A DNA stretch of 64,000 nt, taken from the NCBI RefSeq assembly GCF_964213995.1, contig NC_135815.1, forward strand, positions 3,038,001 through 3,102,000, given 5' to 3'. This stretch comes from Mustelus asterias. Taxonomy: Eukaryota. A program made the translations under genes and the position numbers. The notes beneath the pieces were generated by a model. It saw only the letters and a list, made by a program, of their open reading frames with translations, had not been told where the DNA came from and made no database searches. Below are positions 62,351 through 64,000 of this stretch, piece after piece (within the stretch, counting starts at the first letter, position 1; each line of letters opens with the position of its first letter).

Positions 62351-63069
62351 AGTTGCTGGCAAACTTGATATTTATTGCCCATTCACAGTTGTCTTGAGAA
62401 AGTGCACTTTCTACTTTGTAGCAATTTTGGGGGGGAAAAGTGAGTGGCTTTAGCAGTTGGATGCCACCACATTTGGATAGGTGCTGAGAGGCTGTTTCTT
62501 CCTTGCTGCAGAGTTCAGACGTGGAGATCATAGTATCAGGATAAGGGATTGGCCATTTAGGACTGAAATGAGGGGAGTTATGTACCTTGGGAATTCTCCA
62601 TCCCAGAGAGTTGTGGATGTTCGGTTGTTGACTATATTCAAGACTGAAATCGATAGATCTTTGGATACTGTGGGTGGAATTTTGTGGCCTCTCCCACCGG
62701 CCAACTTGTCCAGTCTCACCAAAGTCTTTCCGTATTTCCTGGCCCTGCCCCCAGCATGACGGGGTTGTAAAGTTCCACCCTACAGGAATTGAGGGATATG
62801 GAGATTGTGTAGGAAAGAGGATTTGATGTAAATTTTCACCCGTTATCTTTACTGTTTATTCCTGTTCCTATTTCTTGGGTACCTATGTTCAGATTAAGGA
62901 AGGACAAGAGTAAACAAGTTGTTTTCTACTGGTTCAGTTTCATAGCCACTTTTGCGAGTGCCAACTATTTATTTCCAAATTCTTTAGACTAAAATTAAAT
63001 TCTCAAACTGCCCCTGGAGGGATTTAGACTCTTGTTCTCTTGGTTTATTAGCCCACTAGGCTAATGTGT

Positions 63070-64000
63070 CAACAAGTCGTGGTTGTAGAGGGTTGTTTTT
63101 CAAACTGGAGGCCTGTGACCAGCGGTGTGCCTCAGGGATCAGTGCTGGGTCCACTATTATTTGTCATTTATATTAATGATTTGAATGAGAACATAGGAGG
63201 CATGGTTAGTAAATTTTCAGATGACACCAGGATTGGTGGCACAGTGGACAGTGAAGAAAATTATCTCCAATTGCAACGGGATATTGATCAATTGGGCCAG
63301 AGGGCTGACAAATGGCAGATGGAGTTTAAATTAGACAAATGAGAGGTGATGCATTTTGTAGATTGAACCAAGGCAGGACTTACTCAGTTAATGGTAGGGC
63401 GTTGGGGAGAGTTACAGAACAAAGAGATCTCGGGCTACATGTTCATAGCTCCTTGAAAGTGGAGTCACAGGTGGACAGAGTGGTGAAGAAGGCATTCGGC
63501 ATGCTTGGTTTCATCAGTCAGAACATTGAATACAAGAGTTGGGACGTCTTGTTGAAGTTGTACAAGACATTGGTAAGGCCACACTTGGAATACTGTGTGC
63601 AGTTCTGGTCACCCTATTATAGAAAGGATATTATTAAACTAGAAAGAGTGCAGAAAAGATTTACTAGGATGCTACCGGGACTTGATGGATTGAGTTATAA
63701 GGAGAGGCTTGATAGACTGGGACTTTTTACTCTGGAGAGTAGGAGGCTGAGGGGTGATCTTATAGAGGACTATAAAATAATGAGGGGCATAGATCAGCTA
63801 GATAGTCAATATCTTTTCCCAAAGGTAGGGGAGTCTAAAACTAGAGGGCATAAGTTTAAGGTGAGAGGGGAGAGATACAAAAGTGTCCAGAGGGGCAATT
63901 ATTTCACACAGATGGTGGTGAGTGTCTGGAACAAGCTGCCAGAGGTAGTAGTAGAGGCGGGTACAATTTTGTCTTTTAAAAAGCATTTAGATAGTTACAT
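63070..64000 (+). mobile_element. CR1 LINE relic running off the window
   Basis: ORF 63064-63342 [15 protein letters not shown]; same subfamily as 25102-26800. Confidence 0.88.

Noticed and set aside
1-64000. Strand bias of CR1 insertions either side of the promoter
   Set aside because: Both orientations are common on each side; counts are too small to support a bias

Overview
Eukaryotic, repeat-saturated vertebrate DNA, almost certainly from a shark or other elasmobranch. The evidence is HE1-type V-SINEs, many CR1/HER1-like LINE subfamilies, Rex1, RTE, L2, Penelope-like and Harbinger-like relics. Most of the window is nested retroelement debris, and nearly all long ORFs in the track are LINE reverse transcriptase fragments. 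Two host genes can be supported. (1) A minus-strand B7/butyrophilin-like Ig-superfamily gene, with a signal-peptide exon (4400-4469) splicing in phase 1 to a V-set exon (2799-3146) that lacks the canonical F-strand cysteine. (2) A plus-strand gene starting at a CpG-rich, CCAAT/GC-box/octamer, probably bidirectional promoter (about 43490-43880), with a candidate first coding exon at 45148-45294 of unknown identity. The most striking non-coding structures are Penelope-derived palindromes carrying minimal hammerhead-ribozyme motifs: a 210-bp-arm hairpin at 42128-42555 and a mini hairpin at 61785-61861. Also notable are a solo LTR upstream of the Ig gene and several inverted or nested retroelement pairs. 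Repeat boundaries were read by eye and are approximate unless a target-site duplication (TSD) is given.
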